64,000 nt of DNA from Candidatus Nomurabacteria bacterium (GCA_023267215.1 JAHFNS010000002.1:192892-256891); one strand, 5' to 3'. Shown: positions 40,322 through 51,040, numbered from the stretch's first letter. Notes: generated by a model not told the origin, from the letters alone. Numbers and translations: made by a program.

Positions 40322-43285
40322 TTAATATATTCCAATCGTTTTTTCAAATAGCCCACCATAGTCTTTTGAATTTCCAAGTGGCATATGGGCTGAAGTACTA
40401 GGGGCACTTTGGTCATCGGGTTGATAATTGTAAATCAAACCATCTAGAGGCAATCTTTCAGCTCCGTCATAAATATTGTCAGGACCTGGTGGGTAAACTG
40501 CAGTGTAATGAACAAAACTCAAAAATCCTGGACCATATTTGTCGTACTGATTTTCGGCAGGCATTTTATAGCAACCAGTAGTGTCTTTTTCAGTACATTT
40601 TTTATTATAACCCCATGGATCTGGTAAGGGAGCTCCTTTATCGAAATTATTATAATCATAAAGAATTGGAAAAGGATAAGTCATTCTTGCAACAGAATTA
40701 ACATTGTAATTATTCCAATCTTCTGTTGGTTGTTTTACGCCACTACCAGCTGATGGGAAGTTTTTTTCACTAGTTGAGACATTATCTAAATTTTGTAAAA
40801 ATGCTTCACAGCCATATGGTCCCTTTAAAAGATTATTGTAGATACGATTTTTCTTAGCAATAATTTGTTCTACTAAATCACTAGCACTGGCTATGTCATC
40901 TCCATTCACCATACTTGCAGACAATCTTCCAAATGCATAAATTTGAGTTTTTAACTCATTTTCATAATCATCGTTACTAATCTGATTGGTATCAAGCTGA
41001 TTATTCAAATTATCGACAGCATCTTTTATATCTCCCAAAGTACCTACAATACTTTTCATTGAAATGATTTTATCATTATTGTCTTTAATCATCTGATTGT
41101 AACCAGGTAACTGATCGAAATCATTAGCAGCTTCTTTGGTAATCGAAGGTAGTCTGTCTGGGCTAGAAAAATATGTTTTGTTCATAATGGCAACATATCT
41201 ATTTAATACACTATTCAAAACATAAGATACTCCTTCACTGGTTGTCATATTCACATGTACAGGATCAGTTGATGCATATGCATCATATGGAGCTTGTGGT
41301 CTAAAACCAGTAAATTCATAAAATCTGTCAGTGTAATAACCTCTAATACTTCTAGAAATATCTTTTGCACTAACGTCACCTGTTAATGCTCCAAAGAGAG
41401 AACTTAAGGCTGGTCCAACATAAGGAACAAAATTGAGACCCACACCAACGACACCGTTCACAACTCCAGTTGCTTCATTTGATGAAGTTTTTGCTTGTCC
41501 TATTGAAATGGAATTCAATGTATCCCTAGAATCATTTTCCCAACCTGGGTGTGGTCCTGGTATACAATAATCCAATTGATAAATGGCGGGTATAAGTCCA
41601 TATGCATTAGAGATTTCTTTTCCAGTTCCTGGACCTATACAGTCTGGATATTTTCCACTCCAACCAGTTGGGCAAACAGCTTTTGGATTAAGAGTAGCAT
41701 CAAAAGAAATGCCACGAGTACTTATTTTTATTACTGGCTCACTACCCTTACAATTAGGATATTTTCCACTCCAACCAGTTGGGCAAACTTTAAGGTTGTA
41801 GTCTTTTCCATCTGTCGTAGAGTAGAGTTCTTTATTTTGCAAAGCGAGTTTGTCTGAATATGTTCTCTGTTCATCTATCAATGCTTGAGTAAGGTCGGTG
41901 CGAATATTGAAATCAGGATTAGCTTGTAACCATGAACTTGTAAGTTGTGATGGTGTATAATCTTTTTCTGTTTGAGTTTTGTATGGATCAGTCGTAGCTC
42001 CACTAAAGACCAAAGCGCCATCAATCCCTTGATTTCCGATATTAGCAAAACCTTTTTCAAATATATTAGTAGAGAATTGATTTAGTGTGGCATCTAGCAT
42101 AGCCGCAACAGCATCGTTTAAATCTTCTACGTTTAGAAGAGAATTATTTTGATATTTGGTCACCTCTGTCGCATAGTCAGCTATCATCTTTCCCGGGGTG
42201 ACATATTCCCAGCTTCCTCCTTCTGCTATACAAGGGTCGCCTTGGCTGTTAGTAGCTTCTAGGGCTTTTGTCTTTTGTGTTTGAGTCATACTAGAATCAA
42301 CACTGCAACGATAATCTCCCAAAAATCCATTTGCTGCTTGAATAGCATCTCGAGTATCTTTAGCTGTAGATTGTGATGTTTCATCTAATCTTTTTTGTAT
42401 TTCATTATCAAACATTATTTTAGCGCCAATAGGATTGTTGGCAGGTATTTGAGTCAATGCTGTCCAAGCATCCCAACCACCCATACTAAAATTACTTTGA
42501 AATTTATCAGCAGAAGCTTCTGGATTTGTTTCTTGAATAAGTTTATTTAAAGAATATTGTGCATTTTGCGAGAATTTAGTTTTATAAGCTAAAGCTTGAT
42601 TCCTCAACCAATCTTTGCCAAATGGACTATCTTGTATTTCTATACCAAATTGTAAAATTTCATTTTTCGCTATGTCGTTAAAAAATTTTCCTGGATTTTG
42701 TAAAAAAGAAGGTGAACCATCAAAACCACTATTGATCCATTTAACGGTACTTACCGTTAATTTTTGCAAGAACATTTTTGCGATTAGTCGCCCGACACTT
42801 GCAATGCAACTAGAATCCTCATTTATTTTTTGTGTCGTCTTGTTAAGTTTTTGTTGACCTGAGTCTATTTTTTGAAGCAGTCTATTTGTTTCTGCGGTAC
42901 CTGGATTTGAGACAGATTTGATTGTTCCAGAAGTTACTTTTAAATCTAAATTTGTTGTAGCAGCATCAGCATGGTCTTGTTCAGAATCACTGAGAGATGA
43001 TGTAGCGCTCGTAGAATCCATCCAGTCATTCAAACTACCTTCATCAATTGCACCCCCTGTTTCACCGCTAAATAAACCCGTGATTCCATTAAATAAATTT
43101 TTTATTACACCACCATTATTTTTACATTGTGGTAATCTAGCTATAGCAGGAATGAGTCCGGTTGCATATCCTGAAATATTATATTGCGCCTCAGCTTTTT
43201 TGGAAACGAAAGAAAGAGGCATCAATATTGTGCTTACTATTAGTACGAATGAAATTATTGATTTTTGGATTTGTTTTTTTTGCAT
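40322..43285 (-). CDS. Large secreted protein of the T4SS-like locus
   Basis: Signal peptide; WINSGFDGSPSF, GGWDAW, YVTPG; 32-bp repeat at 41646 and 41757. Confidence 0.75.
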   Translation of the reverse strand: MQKKQIQKSIISFVLIVSTILMPLSFVSKKAEAQYNISGYATGLIPAIARLPQCKNNGGVIKNLFNGITGLFSGETGGAIDEGSLNDWMDSTSATSSLSDSEQDHADAATTNLDLKVTSGTIKSVSNPGTAETNRLLQKIDSGQQKLNKTTQKINEDSSCIASVGRLIAKMFLQKLTVSTVKWINSGFDGSPSFLQNPGKFFNDIAKNEILQFGIEIQDSPFGKDWLRNQALAYKTKFSQNAQYSLNKLIQETNPEASADKFQSNFSMGGWDAWTALTQIPANNPIGAKIMFDNEIQKRLDETSQSTAKDTRDAIQAANGFLGDYRCSVDSSMTQTQKTKALEATNSQGDPCIAEGGSWEYVTPGKMIADYATEVTKYQNNSLLNVEDLNDAVAAMLDATLNQFSTNIFEKGFANIGNQGIDGALVFSGATTDPYKTQTEKDYTPSQLTSSWLQANPDFNIRTDLTQALIDEQRTYSDKLALQNKELYSTTDGKDYNLKVCPTGWSGKYPNCKGSEPVIKISTRGISFDATLNPKAVCPTGWSGKYPDCIGPGTGKEISNAYGLIPAIYQLDYCIPGPHPGWENDSRDTLNSISIGQAKTSSNEATGVVNGVVGVGLNFVPYVGPALSSLFGALTGDVSAKDISRSIRGYYTDRFYEFTGFRPQAPYDAYASTDPVHVNMTTSEGVSYVLNSVLNRYVAIMNKTYFSSPDRLPSITKEAANDFDQLPGYNQMIKDNNDKIISMKSIVGTLGDIKDAVDNLNNQLDTNQISNDDYENELKTQIYAFGRLSASMVNGDDIASASDLVEQIIAKKNRIYNNLLKGPYGCEAFLQNLDNVSTSEKNFPSAGSGVKQPTEDWNNYNVNSVARMTYPFPILYDYNNFDKGAPLPDPWGYNKKCTEKDTTGCYKMPAENQYDKYGPGFLSFVHYTAVYPPGPDNIYDGAERLPLDGLIYNYQPDDQSAPSTSAHMPLGNSKDYGGLFEKTIGIY

Positions 43286-43332
43286 TTTGCTAATGCCTAG
43301 CGCCTAAAGCCCAACAACTACCTTAAATTATA

Positions 43333-44277
43333 TCATTGTTTTAACAAAAAAGTCTCTAAATCTGCCACTGCTTTTATCAAATCATCGCTATATTTTTGAT
43401 ATTGAGAAAGTCCAGATAATCCGATAATCGGATCGCTTACAATTTTACCCATATTGAGAATGCTTATGCCAGTGTTGTTGGCACCATTAGCTATTTTCAA
43501 ATGATATAGAGTAAGACTTGGAGGAACATAGAGTTCCATTACTTTTTGAGCGAAAAGTTGATAAGCATTAGCTATTTTTGATAATTTATTAAATTGATCA
43601 ATCCCACTTATCCCCCCATCTTGAGAATTTGTTGCTACTCCATCACTGACAATGCTTAATTCATCTCCTATACCTAAAGATTGATAGCTTTTAAATAAAT
43701 TTTTCATTTCCACATAATATTTTTGTTTTAAGACAAGATTGTCAACACTATTTATTTTTACATCTGTCTCTGTATAGCGATCTACTAAATCAGGAGTTAC
43801 TATTTTTTGCCCCAAGGCATTAGAAAAATTATTGATAGTATTTTTATCAATTTGCCCAGATGATTTCATGGCTGTGTAATTGCTGAAAAACTCGCGAGCA
43901 AACTTTTCTGTTTCTGTTAATTTTGTTTCATTTACACTTCCCTCTATTTTTAACTCTTTTTTCTTATTTTCTATATAAGTTGCATCTGGAGTGTTATTAA
44001 AAGTTACTTTTTTGTGAGGATCTGTACCCCAGAGAGCTTCTTCCCAATCAGGGACGCCGTCACCATCTGTGTCATTTTGTAGTAAATCAGTAAAAGTGGA
44101 ATTTCCTACCACTAGAGCCTTATTATTTTTGTTGCCGTTAATAGAAAAATTTTCTCCTGAAGAAGACATGAAGAAAATTACAAAAATTATTATCACCAAA
44201 ATGATAATGGTACTCGTGATCAATGCAAATTTTTTACTAGGTAAGTATTTTTTATATTTTTCTCTATTAAAATTCAT
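43333..44277 (-). CDS. Membrane-anchored protein with a TSP3-like Ca-binding motif
   Basis: DTDGDGVPDWEEALWGTDP. Confidence 0.75.
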   Translation of the reverse strand: MNFNREKYKKYLPSKKFALITSTIIILVIIIFVIFFMSSSGENFSINGNKNNKALVVGNSTFTDLLQNDTDGDGVPDWEEALWGTDPHKKVTFNNTPDATYIENKKKELKIEGSVNETKLTETEKFAREFFSNYTAMKSSGQIDKNTINNFSNALGQKIVTPDLVDRYTETDVKINSVDNLVLKQKYYVEMKNLFKSYQSLGIGDELSIVSDGVATNSQDGGISGIDQFNKLSKIANAYQLFAQKVMELYVPPSLTLYHLKIANGANNTGISILNMGKIVSDPIIGLSGLSQYQKYSDDLIKAVADLETFLLKQ

Positions 44278-45178
44278 TTTTATACTTATATTGTATCATT
44301 TTAACAAGCTCAATCCAATCTTTTAGTGTTAATTCCTCCGCTCTTTTGTTTCCTAACCCTGCGGAGGCAATTCCTCCGCCAAAGAGCAGGTCGTATTTTT
44401 TAAGATTTGAAGATAATTTCTTTCTTTTGTGGGCAAAACCAGCATGAATTATTTCCCAAAATAGTTTTTCATCTAGTATTTTACCCTCTCCTTTATAAGG
44501 AGAGGGATTTAAGGGTGAGGTGAAATTCTTTCTAGAAATATTTTTTATTGTAATTATAGCTGAATCTACTTTTGGGGCTGGAGAAAAATATCGAGCAGGT
44601 ACTTTTAGAATCATTTTTGGCTCACCGTATGCTTTCACGGAAATAGAAAGGATACTTTCCTTCGCCCTGCGAAGCTTTAGCGAAGCAGGGTTATTGTTTA
44701 CACAAATTCTCTTCGCCACTTCATTTTGCACCATCAATACCATCGAGATTGGTTGATTTATATCTCCCAAAAATTTTTTCAAAATTGCACCAGTGATATT
44801 GTAAGGAATATTTGCAATTATTTTGTATTTTTCTCCCCCCTCGAAGGGGGAGATTAAGAGGGGGTCTAAATCTAAAATATCACCATGTACTAGTACAAGA
44901 TTGCCCAACTTAATTTGATTAGCAAATTTTTCTTGAAGTAGCTCGTAAAGCGCTCTATCTTTTTCTATAGCTATAACACACCCGGTTTTTTCCCTGTCCG
45001 ACTCTTTGTGCGAAGCACTAATGGCGAATAAAAGTTTTTCTGTCAGCACCCCTTTTCCCGGACCTATTTCTAAAATAATATCATCTTTAGAAATTTCTCC
45101 AGCTTCAACTATTTTATTGAGGGCTGGTATAGATTTTAGAAAATTTTGTCCTAATGATTTTTTTGCTTTGTGTATCAT
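44267..45178 (-). CDS. rsmA: 16S rRNA dimethyltransferase with several hairpin insertions
   Basis: KKSLGQNFL, EIGPGKG, ANIPYNIT, PAPKVDS, RAEEL. Confidence 0.96.
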   Translation of the reverse strand: MIHKAKKSLGQNFLKSIPALNKIVEAGEISKDDIILEIGPGKGVLTEKLLFAISASHKESDREKTGCVIAIEKDRALYELLQEKFANQIKLGNLVLVHGDILDLDPLLISPFEGGEKYKIIANIPYNITGAILKKFLGDINQPISMVLMVQNEVAKRICVNNNPASLKLRRAKESILSISVKAYGEPKMILKVPARYFSPAPKVDSAIITIKNISRKNFTSPLNPSPYKGEGKILDEKLFWEIIHAGFAHKRKKLSSNLKKYDLLFGGGIASAGLGNKRAEELTLKDWIELVKMIQYKYKNEF

Positions 45179-45181
45179 ATA

Positions 45182-47323
45182 TTATAAATAAATAGTTTTT
45201 ATTCCATTTTTCTCTTCTTCTTTTTCTAATAAATCATTCGGAATATCTCCAAGAAATTCTGACGGTGCATTTATTTGTTTTGAACCAAAGATGGTGCGGA
45301 AATTAGCAAATGATAAAAATAATTTTTCACGAGCTCGTGTGAGTGCAACATAAAAAAGTCTGCGTTCTTCTTCTTGGTCTTCAGCACTTTTTCTTTCACC
45401 ATCTTTTCGATGAGGGAAAAGTCCATCTTCAAGTCCAGTAATGAAAACATATTTAAATTCAAGTCCCTTGGATGCATGCACTGTCATAAGTTTCACTCCC
45501 CTTTTTTCTTCTTTTTTATCTACATTATTTATCAGACTATCTTGGTCTGAAGCTAAAGAAGCATCTTCTAAAAGTTTCTCAATTCCCATTCCACCCTTTA
45601 AATTATCATATTTTAGAGCTAAAGTTGCCAATTCTTTTATATTTTCTAGTCTTTCCATTTCTTCTTCTCCTCCAGCTAAAAGTTCTGTTTCTATACCTGA
45701 TTTTTTGATTGTAAATTTAATTACGTCTGATGCTTTTTCTATTTCTATTTTTTCTTTTATATCTTTTAAAATTTTGTAAAAATTATCAATTTTTATTTTT
45801 ACTTTTATCGGCAGACTTTCTTCTTCTCCGGCTTGCCCCGCCATGGCGGTGGCGAAAATTTTTGCAAGCGTCACCTTTCCTATTCCCCTAGCTGGAAAAT
45901 TTATAATTCTTTTAATATCAGAAAGACTTTGAGGATTGAGTGCTGCACGAAGATATGCAAGAGTATCTTTGATTTCTTTTCTTTCGAAAAATTTTACACC
46001 TAAAACTTGATATGGGATGTTGTATCTTAGCATTGCTTCTTCTAGCGCTCGTGATTGAAAATTTGCACGATATAAAATTGCTATTTTAGACAAAGTTGCG
46101 GATACTACTTTTGTAGGGTCGCTGTCTCCGCTTACTAGCGGAGCGCTGCCTCTCGGCTCGTCAGCCTGCGAGACACCCTCCAAAAGCACATTCGCAACTT
46201 TGTCTTGCAACTCTATAATTTTTGTCGCGACAAAATCTGCTTCATCGTTCTCATCGAGTGCTTCATAAAAACCTATTTTTTCTCCTATTTTATTTTTGGT
46301 AAATAAATTTTTATCAGGCCTATATTTATTTTTCTTTATTATTTCATTAGCTGCTTCCAGAATATTTTGAGTAGATCGATAATTTTCTTCTAATAAAATT
46401 ATTTTTGTATCTTTACCATAATCTTTCTCAAAGCTCAAAATATTTTTTAAATTTGCTCCACGCCAAGAATAAATATTTTGATCTGCGTCTCCGACTACAC
46501 AAATATTTTTATTATTTTCAGAAAGTAGTTTTGACATCAAATATTGCACTTCGTTCGTGTCTTGATACTCGTCTATATGAATATAATCCCATTTTTCTTG
46601 ATAAATTTTTCTTATTTCTTTATTATCTTGCAGTAATTTTGTCGCTTTCAAAAGTAAATCATCAAAATCTAATGAATTTTCTTTCATTTTTTTCTTTTCA
46701 TACAGACTCCAAACTTGAGAAACTATTTTTGTTAAAAAATTCGCCCCAGGTTCGTTAGATATTTCTTCATAATCAGCGAGATGAGTAAATTTCCCTTTTT
46801 CTCTACTAATAATGTTCCCTATTTTTCGTGGTTCATATTGTTTTGGGTCTAGATTCAATTCTTTTAATGATTCTTTAATAAGAGAAGTAGAATCTGCTTC
46901 ATCTAAAATAGTGAAATGCCTTGTTAGTCCTAAAATTCTAGCGTTTTCTTTTATTATATATACTCCCAAAGAGTGAAAAGTGGAAACAAAGGGCCTGCTA
47001 ATAATTTCGCCGGTAATGCTTTTTGTCATGGTCTGGCCGGGATAGGGACCCGGAGATCCGAGGACCTGAGAAAAAGCATTACCGGCGAAATTTATTTTTA
47101 TTGCTGAAGTGATCCTTTCCTGCATTTCTTTGGCTGCTTTGTTTGTAAAAGTCACAGCTAAAATTTTCTCTGGAGCTACTCCATTTTTTATTAAATTTAG
47201 TATTCTATGGGTTATGGTCTTGGTTTTTCCTGCTCCAGCCCCTGCCACGATCAAAAGCGGTCCATTCATGTGAATAGCCGCCTCTCGTTGTTTAGGGTTT
47301 AATTCTTTTAAATGTTCGTCCAT
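45182..47323 (-). CDS. pcrA: UvrD/PcrA SF1 helicase with three insertions
   Basis: AGAGAGKT, TFTNKAA, DEYQD, NYRS, TVHASKGLE, EERRLFYVALTRA. Confidence 0.95.
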   Translation of the reverse strand: MDEHLKELNPKQREAAIHMNGPLLIVAGAGAGKTKTITHRILNLIKNGVAPEKILAVTFTNKAAKEMQERITSAIKINFAGNAFSQVLGSPGPYPGQTMTKSITGEIISRPFVSTFHSLGVYIIKENARILGLTRHFTILDEADSTSLIKESLKELNLDPKQYEPRKIGNIISREKGKFTHLADYEEISNEPGANFLTKIVSQVWSLYEKKKMKENSLDFDDLLLKATKLLQDNKEIRKIYQEKWDYIHIDEYQDTNEVQYLMSKLLSENNKNICVVGDADQNIYSWRGANLKNILSFEKDYGKDTKIILLEENYRSTQNILEAANEIIKKNKYRPDKNLFTKNKIGEKIGFYEALDENDEADFVATKIIELQDKVANVLLEGVSQADEPRGSAPLVSGDSDPTKVVSATLSKIAILYRANFQSRALEEAMLRYNIPYQVLGVKFFERKEIKDTLAYLRAALNPQSLSDIKRIINFPARGIGKVTLAKIFATAMAGQAGEEESLPIKVKIKIDNFYKILKDIKEKIEIEKASDVIKFTIKKSGIETELLAGGEEEMERLENIKELATLALKYDNLKGGMGIEKLLEDASLASDQDSLINNVDKKEEKRGVKLMTVHASKGLEFKYVFITGLEDGLFPHRKDGERKSAEDQEEERRLFYVALTRAREKLFLSFANFRTIFGSKQINAPSEFLGDIPNDLLEKEEEKNGIKTIYL
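46088..46205 (+). repeat. Family E element, in frame in pcrA
   Basis: Arms agacaaagttgcg / cgcaactttgtct; 17-mer ctcggctcgtcagcctg shared with 63652. Confidence 0.85.
47003..47092 (+). repeat. Family C element, in frame in pcrA
   Basis: Perfect 22-bp arms; 38-nt core matches the cca copy at 37/38. Confidence 0.93.
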
Positions 47324-47592
47324 AGCCTTTATCTTAACACATTAAGCTAAATAAGCCTTAATTTATAACCCTTAAAATACCTTTATTTTTAGGTTTTTGT
47401 TATTTTGCCCTTATTTTATAAGGTTTTTTAATAGAAAATACATTATTTCTTGATACAATCACTTGACTTTCAAGTCAAGCTATGCTATACTATTCTCAGA
47501 GTAACTTGAAAATCAAAAGGTCTAGGAAAATACGCACACCTAGGCTCCATAAAAAATCCAGAAGTGCACTGGGAAAATAAGGAGATTTATTT

Positions 47593-47916
47593 ATGAAGAA
47601 GTTAATTGTATTTTTGAAGAGAAATCTTGTTACAGTACTGGTTGTTATTATTACCATGGTAATGTTTTACTTTGTTATCGCAACAATGCGTGCAACAAAT
47701 GCTAATACAAATACTATTGTAGTTTTGGAAAAAAAGGTTAACGTTCTTCAAGACTCAGTTGAAGTCTTAAAGAAAAAATTAACAACTGTTCAAGTAGTTG
47801 TTACACCGCCACCGGCAATGGTGACACCCACAATACCAGTTACACCACCAGTGGTAGCACCAATTGTACCTCCGTCTTCTACTCTCAACAATGATGGTAT
47901 AGATTTCTTAAAGTAA
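47593..47916 (+). CDS. Small membrane-anchored protein (coiled-coil, Pro-rich tail)
   Basis: aggag SD, TM segment, upstream ttgact-N17-tatact promoter. Confidence 0.75.
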   Translation: MKKLIVFLKRNLVTVLVVIITMVMFYFVIATMRATNANTNTIVVLEKKVNVLQDSVEVLKKKLTTVQVVVTPPPAMVTPTIPVTPPVVAPIVPPSSTLNNDGIDFLK

Positions 47917-47957
47917 GTAAAAAAACCAACAAAACAAAAAAATTAAAAAGGAAAAAA

Positions 47958-48413
47958 ATGAAAAAGTTAGGAATGTTCGTTATTATCGTGATAATAACAA
48001 TCGTATCGTCAACATCAGCGCAGAAAAAAACTGAAAAAAATGCTGAAAAATATTTTTTTCTAACGCAGGCACAATATGATTCAATTGGGGCAGTTATGAA
48101 TAAAATGTCCCAAAAAGAAAAAATGTATTTTGCTTTTCTGCACGATAGAACAGTAAAGGATATGATGTCTTGGTCAAAAAAGAATGTTGTTGAGTTGAAT
48201 GGAAAAACTGTAAAGTTACTAAAAGGCTCAATTGAAGATTTACAATCTTCTTCTGAAGGATATAACAAAGAAGTGGCTGATCTACAAATCGCAGTTTCGG
48301 GAGATGAAACTCCCGTAAAAATAGTTGTTTCGGAAGAAAAAACAGTTCCTGCTTATGAAGCTGCAAGGCAGAGAATTCAACAGGCGATAGCAGCAAAAAA
48401 TAAAAATAAGTAA
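47958..48413 (+). CDS. Secreted hypothetical protein
   Basis: Signal peptide MKKLG..TSAQ. Confidence 0.75.
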   Translation: MKKLGMFVIIVIITIVSSTSAQKKTEKNAEKYFFLTQAQYDSIGAVMNKMSQKEKMYFAFLHDRTVKDMMSWSKKNVVELNGKTVKLLKGSIEDLQSSSEGYNKEVADLQIAVSGDETPVKIVVSEEKTVPAYEAARQRIQQAIAAKNKNK

Positions 48414-48427
48414 AAAAGTTTTAAACA

Positions 48428-48461
48428 AAAAGCCACGTATCAAACAATGATCGTGGCTTTT
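48428..48461. terminator. Bidirectional intrinsic terminator
   Basis: aaaagccacg..cgtggctttt between convergent genes. Confidence 0.7.
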
Positions 48462-48479
48462 CTGCTTCCAATTTTTATT

Positions 48480-51029
48480 TTAATTCTGTGAGTTAGTTAT
48501 TGTATCCAACGCATTTTTAAATGCTTGGGTATCAGGAGTAAGTTTTGGTTGGAGCTCAAGTATCTTGCTTAAAAGATTTATTTGTTCTGGATTTAGTTTG
48601 GATATATTACCAACAATATCTTTTGTATTTTCAAGATCTAGTAAAGCACTATGCACTTTGTCGGTAGTGGTGCCTAAGACAGTGGCATAATCTGGAATGT
48701 TTCCACTTAATTCAGTTAAATTTTCATGCACGAGTCCATGTAAACTTTGATTCATGTTTTCTTGTGCTAAAGATAAAGTGTTCTCACTCATATCAGGTGT
48801 GTTATCTAAAGCAGAGATGTATCTTTGTGATGTTGGGCTTGCATGTTCATACTCGTAAGGACTGTTTAAGCCTCCAGTGCCAGATGGTTTGCCATCAAAA
48901 TATTCGTGTATAGTTATTTTTCCATTTGCATCTATATCAATTGGATATGCAGGATTCCCTTTTAGTCCAGGTTCACCCATATCTTTTACCCATGTTTCAG
49001 TTCCTCCACCTTTATAATTATTGTCTATAGCAATTAAATCAGCTTTTGTGCCAGACCATTTATGAATTGCCAACTTGTCATTAATGTCTCCATTAAATCC
49101 AAATTTAGCGGGATGTGCTTCGAGTTGGTCTCGGACCACACCTTCAATCCCACGTTTTCCTACCGTTGCCATTTTTAAAGTTTCTTCATCAAACATAGAA
49201 CCACCTGTCTTCGGAGTGACTATAACTTCAGGCAAAACATGTTCTCCTTTTAAGTCTGGAGATTCTCCTGGTGTAACATTTCCTTTTGGATGATTATCTG
49301 GTATAGTTTCTTTTATTGCCCCTCCACCATGATGTGGTAAGATACCAAGCACTTGAGGTCCTGCAACCCAATCTGTTAGTACAGAAGCTCCCATTCCACC
49401 AAGAACACCAGGGATAAGAGTACCAATAATAAAATTATTTCTTTTAAATAATTTTTTATTTTTATCTATTCTATCTTTGTATTTGTCGCATAGTTTAATA
49501 TTTTCTTCAAAAATTTTCTCAAGGGTTTCTGCTCTTTTTTCAGAGTTTTCTTTATCTTTGGCAAGTTGTTCAAGGTTTGACATTTCTGCTGACTTAACTG
49601 CTTCTCCTTGTTGATCTTGTGTCGTAAGTTTTTCATCATGACCATAAGAGCCTCTAACCATAGGTTGAAAAATCTTTTTTGATAAACCAAAACCAAATGT
49701 TCCCCCGACTAGGCCTTTAACTGTCTTATAGGCTAAAAACGAGGTAACTCCGAGACCTGCTGCTATTGCAGAAGGCCACAAAATTGCTGTGCCTCCCCCT
49801 ACTATTGCAGCATTTAGTGCTGTTCTTGTGAATCTTCCCATTTTCGCATAACCTTGAAATGCTTTGCTTTCTACTCCTCTTTTGAAAAAATTCTTTATTT
49901 TATCCCAAGCTTTAGGATTTATTGCACTATTTGTGGCAACTTGTGCATCTTGATATCTTAATTTTTCTGTTTGCAATATAGAAAGATTGAATAATCTAGC
50001 ATTTTGTACTTTTTTGTTATAGTCCGCATCATTTTCATATTTTTCTAAATTTTTTAATTGATTATCTATATTTGAAACTCCAAGTTCCTTAAGCAATGGA
50101 TTGTAATCATTATCTATAAGTAATATTTTATCTTTTATATCTTGAATTTGTTGTTTGTATTTTGCTGAAACAATGGAGGAGTCTGCATATGGATCATTTT
50201 CAGCAGTTTTATGTTCTTTTTCAATTCTTTTTAGTTCATCTTTTAAGTTGGATAGTTGATTTCTTTTTCCAGATACTTTTACAGCAGCCTCTATTTCCCT
50301 TTCAGAATGTTCAGCTTTTAGTTTTTTTAGAGCTTCTTCTTCAGCCACTTTTGCCCCTTCAGGATTTTTGTAATATCCAGCGCGATTAAATTTACAGAAA
50401 ATTTCTGCTGCATTTAAAAGCTCTTCACGAGAATATTTTTCTTTACCTTCTTTGTTTTCGTTTTTACCAGCAATATTCTGTTCTATGGGAGTAGTAGGTT
50501 CTGTTTCGTTTTTTCTTTTGGCCAGAAGATTTTTTATATTTTCTATTTGATCTTTATCATATCCTCCTTTTTCCAGTTCTTTTTTTAATTTTTCATCTTC
50601 TTCATCAAGTTCGGCTAGTCTTTTATTTCTCTTTTCAATTTCATCTTTGATTTTATTAATTTCGGCTTCGGTAGATTCTTTTGTTTCTTTCTTTTCTGTT
50701 TTATTTCCTTTATCCCATGCTATTTTCCCTTCCATTGCAAGCTCACTCGCTGTTTTTAGTTTAGTATTTGGTGAATTTTTTAATTCACTTTCAAGTCTGA
50801 TAATTTCTTTCTCAATAGATTCTTTGTCCCCGACGTAATTAGTGCTTTTTAAAGATTTTTTTAGTTCAGATATTTCTTGGCGGATTTCTTCTGCTGTTTT
50901 TCTTGGTACATATCCTCCTTCCTCTTCGCCAAGAGGTTTTTTGCCATACATATCTATTCCTTCTTTCTTGTCGCTTTCTTTTACATCAGTATGACTTGAA
51001 ATAATTTCTATTTCTTTTGGTTTTTCCAT
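48480..51029 (-). CDS. Large coiled-coil protein with Gly-rich TM segments
   Basis: 849-aa ORF; charged N-terminus, Gly-zipper-like helices. Confidence 0.75.
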   Translation of the reverse strand: MEKPKEIEIISSHTDVKESDKKEGIDMYGKKPLGEEEGGYVPRKTAEEIRQEISELKKSLKSTNYVGDKESIEKEIIRLESELKNSPNTKLKTASELAMEGKIAWDKGNKTEKKETKESTEAEINKIKDEIEKRNKRLAELDEEDEKLKKELEKGGYDKDQIENIKNLLAKRKNETEPTTPIEQNIAGKNENKEGKEKYSREELLNAAEIFCKFNRAGYYKNPEGAKVAEEEALKKLKAEHSEREIEAAVKVSGKRNQLSNLKDELKRIEKEHKTAENDPYADSSIVSAKYKQQIQDIKDKILLIDNDYNPLLKELGVSNIDNQLKNLEKYENDADYNKKVQNARLFNLSILQTEKLRYQDAQVATNSAINPKAWDKIKNFFKRGVESKAFQGYAKMGRFTRTALNAAIVGGGTAILWPSAIAAGLGVTSFLAYKTVKGLVGGTFGFGLSKKIFQPMVRGSYGHDEKLTTQDQQGEAVKSAEMSNLEQLAKDKENSEKRAETLEKIFEENIKLCDKYKDRIDKNKKLFKRNNFIIGTLIPGVLGGMGASVLTDWVAGPQVLGILPHHGGGAIKETIPDNHPKGNVTPGESPDLKGEHVLPEVIVTPKTGGSMFDEETLKMATVGKRGIEGVVRDQLEAHPAKFGFNGDINDKLAIHKWSGTKADLIAIDNNYKGGGTETWVKDMGEPGLKGNPAYPIDIDANGKITIHEYFDGKPSGTGGLNSPYEYEHASPTSQRYISALDNTPDMSENTLSLAQENMNQSLHGLVHENLTELSGNIPDYATVLGTTTDKVHSALLDLENTKDIVGNISKLNPEQINLLSKILELQPKLTPDTQAFKNALDTITNSQN

Positions 51030-51040
51030 AAAATTTAAAA

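Noticed and set aside
44977-45030. Possible additional inserts in rsmA (AISASHKESDREK) and polA (9185-9235)
   Set aside because: They are GC-rich and insert-like, but I could not establish a clear stem or a second copy by eye.
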